From positions 1-31,703 of IMG/VR virus record IMGVR_UViG_3300005805_000291: a stretch of 31,703 nucleotides of DNA; one strand, given 5' to 3'. Position 1 is the first letter of the stretch; each line of letters opens with the position of its first letter. A program made the position numbers and the translations under genes. Under the pieces are notes generated by a model, which did no database searches, was not told where the DNA came from, and saw nothing but the letters and a program-made list of their open reading frames with translations. This document shows positions 29,429-31,703 of the stretch, piece by piece. Source of the DNA: a virus. Its lineage: Duplodnaviria > Caudoviricetes.

Positions 29429-31703
29429 CCACTACGTTTAATCCGTCTACAATTATTAACATCACTAACAGAACCCAAAATTTAAATCCTAAATTTAAAC
29501 GTTCTGTTATATATGGTGGCGCACGTCAACAAACGAACTTATTGATTATCCATCATACATTGGGTGGTAGTTTAGATGGAGCAGTGATTACATTACAAAA
29601 GCGTGGATTTAGTTATCATTATATTGTGGACCGAGATGGAAAAGTATACAGTCTAGTACCAGACAATCTTACTGCATTTCATATAGAAGGGGCAAATGCA
29701 TCTAGTGTATCTATATCTTTGGTAGGAAACACTGACCCAACGGAAACAAACCCAGAAAGATATCTTCAACGTGGGGAACGTCCTGTACGATTTACTCAAG
29801 AACAACTAGACATTTCTTTAGCGCTTGGAAATTATTTATTACAAAAATATCCTAACATTACAATGAATGGGGTAAAATATGTATATGGGCACGGAGAAAC
29901 AACTACAAAAAAGGCTAGTACCGAAGGACTATATATAGCGCGAGCACTTCGTGGCACAAACACCGCGGCTATACCATATCCCCCACCATTTATTGCACAA
30001 AATCTTCCGCCGAATCCAAGTTTACCTGGTGGTTATTTAGGCGGGTCACAGTCAGCTCCACGGATAAGAACGCGGTCTAGACCTACTACACAATCAAATA
30101 TTACGCCGTATATAGGTTCATTAGAATCATTTCATCCGAATATTCAATATGAATTGACTAGACGTAGATTTGCCTCAAATACTGCACAAGTACACACACC
30201 GTTTGTAAAATTAACTTCATTGATGTATGTTACGGGAAGTAATTTAACCGATGGTGGCGACAAGCCAGCTTGGTGTCCTACGTTGGGTGTACATGAAAAA
30301 CAAGACTTAACATTTGAAGATATCTATAAGCCGGCAACTAATGGTAGGTCAATCGTGGGATATGCTACGAGTATTAAAGATAACAACCCTATCAGAGTTC
30401 CTGTTTTAGTTGATAGTAATGATGCTAATCTTGACCAACCAAATATTCCACCGCCTGGCATTGTGAGTATGACCACAGAAAGAAGTACGGCTGGTCCTAT
30501 GGGGGTTCGTGGTGGTTTGTTTAGAGCAACTATAAAAATTACGGCATACTCAGTAGGGCAATTGAATGCATTAATGAAATACTTTATGCGTCCCGCCACC
30601 AGAGTCGTAATGGAATATGGACGTTATTCGTCTGAACAACCTATAGATACTATTACTCCGTATAATTGGGTAGCAGATAAGTCCGTTATTACAGATGACC
30701 CAGAGAAAGGATTCAGAAAGTTAATTTCATTACAAGCTAGTCAACAAGCATTTATTCAACAATATGTGTATAACAATTTCGGGAACTACGAAATATTCAT
30801 TGGGTATGTTGTCAAGTTTGCATTAAAGTACACAAAAAACAATACATTTGAAATCGACTTAACAGTACATTCTGTTCAACAGTTTGAAATTCCAACTAAA
30901 TATTCTGGGGCAAAGCCACTATGTAGAACGGGTAATGCGGTTGATGACCCGTGTAAAGTAATGGATGTCGCTGAATATTTTGATGCTGCTTCATCGTGGA
31001 AAGAAAATTCATTTGATGCGGTATTAGCTGCTATCGGTGAAGTTACTCCATCCGAAGGAAAATTTACGGACAGCGCATATATTAATGATTTGAAAGATGA
31101 ATGGGCAAGTCACGTTATTCCTATTAGAACCACAAATCCCACAACGGGAGGTGCGGGTCGGTCTGGAGCAAACAATCCTACCACCGGTACTGGCATGGGT
31201 GGACATTTCGTATCGTGGAAGTTTTTCGTAAATGTTATTCTTAATGATACTAAATATGGATTGATGAGTTTATTTAACACCGATGGAATGTCGGCTGATT
31301 ATATACGCTCAAACTTTATTAAACCGTTAGGAAATCGTGGTTCAAATCCTACAAACGATAGAAACTTATTATTAGCCGATGAAGTAGGATATCACCCAGC
31401 ATTACGGTCAACAAATGCTGGGGTAATGATAATTTATAACTCTGGACAAGATAGCCAATCACAAGCTGCGCTTACTAGAATTCAAGCTATTGACCGAGCA
31501 TTAAATACAACTGAACGTGACACATATACACCTATAGATTTAACTGATGATACCATCTATAATGAAATTGCTAATAATACAGAGGTCGGAGACTTTAAGA
31601 GTACCGAAGATACATCATTCTTAACTAAAGGTGTTTGGATAAATACGAACGCTATTAAACAAGCATTTAGTGGAGCTGACACGGTTTCCGCTGGAATTAG
31701 TAA
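29425..31703 (+). CDS. N-acetylmuramoyl-L-alanine amidase (Amidase_2/PGRP-like) domain fused to putative baseplate hub protein; 3'-truncated
   Basis: Not in the ORF track because it has no stop in the window. Translated by hand from ATG 29425 (ATGA overlap): MTTTFNPS...LLIIHHTLGGS...FSYHYIVDRDGKVYSLVPDNLTAFHIEGANASSVSISLVG...VYGHGE, then PPPGIVSMTTE...GGLFRATIKITAYSVGQLNALMKYFMRPATRVVMEYG. Open to the last base. Confidence 0.82.
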   Translation, partial: MTTTFNPSTIINITNRTQNLNPKFKRSVIYGGARQQTNLLIIHHTLGGSLDGAVITLQKRGFSYHYIVDRDGKVYSLVPDNLTAFHIEGANASSVSISLVGNTDPTETNPERYLQRGERPVRFTQEQLDISLALGNYLLQKYPNITMNGVKYVYGHGETTTKKASTEGLYIARALRGTNTAAIPYPPPFIAQNLPPNPSLPGGYLGGSQSAPRIRTRSRPTTQSNITPYIGSLESFHPNIQYELTRRRFASNTAQVHTPFVKLTSLMYVTGSNLTDGGDKPAWCPTLGVHEKQDLTFEDIYKPATNGRSIVGYATSIKDNNPIRVPVLVDSNDANLDQPNIPPPGIVSMTTERSTAGPMGVRGGLFRATIKITAYSVGQLNALMKYFMRPATRVVMEYGRYSSEQPIDTITPYNWVADKSVITDDPEKGFRKLISLQASQQAFIQQYVYNNFGNYEIFIGYVVKFALKYTKNNTFEIDLTVHSVQQFEIPTKYSGAKPLCRTGNAVDDPCKVMDVAEYFDAASSWKENSFDAVLAAIGEVTPSEGKFTDSAYINDLKDEWASHVIPIRTTNPTTGGAGRSGANNPTTGTGMGGHFVSWKFFVNVILNDTKYGLMSLFNTDGMSADYIRSNFIKPLGNRGSNPTNDRNLLLADEVGYHPALRSTNAGVMIIYNSGQDSQSQAALTRIQAIDRALNTTERDTYTPIDLTDDTIYNEIANNTEVGDFKSTEDTSFLTKGVWINTNAIKQAFSGADTVSAGIS

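Overview
A 31.7-kb segment of a large tailed phage, probably a myovirus with T4-like tail genes; all real genes are on the + strand. In order: (i) 1-11067, three paralogous modular tail-fibre genes with their accessory genes. Two carry long uninterrupted, almost uncharged Gly-X-(Gln/Thr/Ser) collagen rods, Ser-rich TVS(S/H)S(A/G)QV repeats and C-terminal S74 autochaperones. (ii) 11110-20143, a tightly packed cluster of five glycosyltransferase genes (one a GT4 fused to an apparently complete Aah/TibC-type autotransporter protein O-heptosyltransferase) and two 2OG-Fe(II) oxygenases. (iii) 20205-22262, a tandem-domain protein plus three paralogous mini-collagen proteins. (iv) 22321-24412, a small ORF and an SMARCAL1/HARP-like SNF2 helicase. 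(v) 24455-end, the tail/baseplate module: a gp26-like gene with a probable programmed frameshift, tape measure, tube/baseplate protein, LysM-like wedge protein and an amidase-hub fusion that runs off the window and is missing from the ORF track. Non-structural blocks sit behind consensus sigma70 promoters and structural blocks behind a (GA)TATTTATA motif. The best candidate for an undescribed system is phage-encoded O-glycosylation/hydroxylation of its own collagen-like and Ser-repeat fibres; this is inferred from gene context and motifs, not demonstrated. Family assignments are from remembered motifs; no searches were run.
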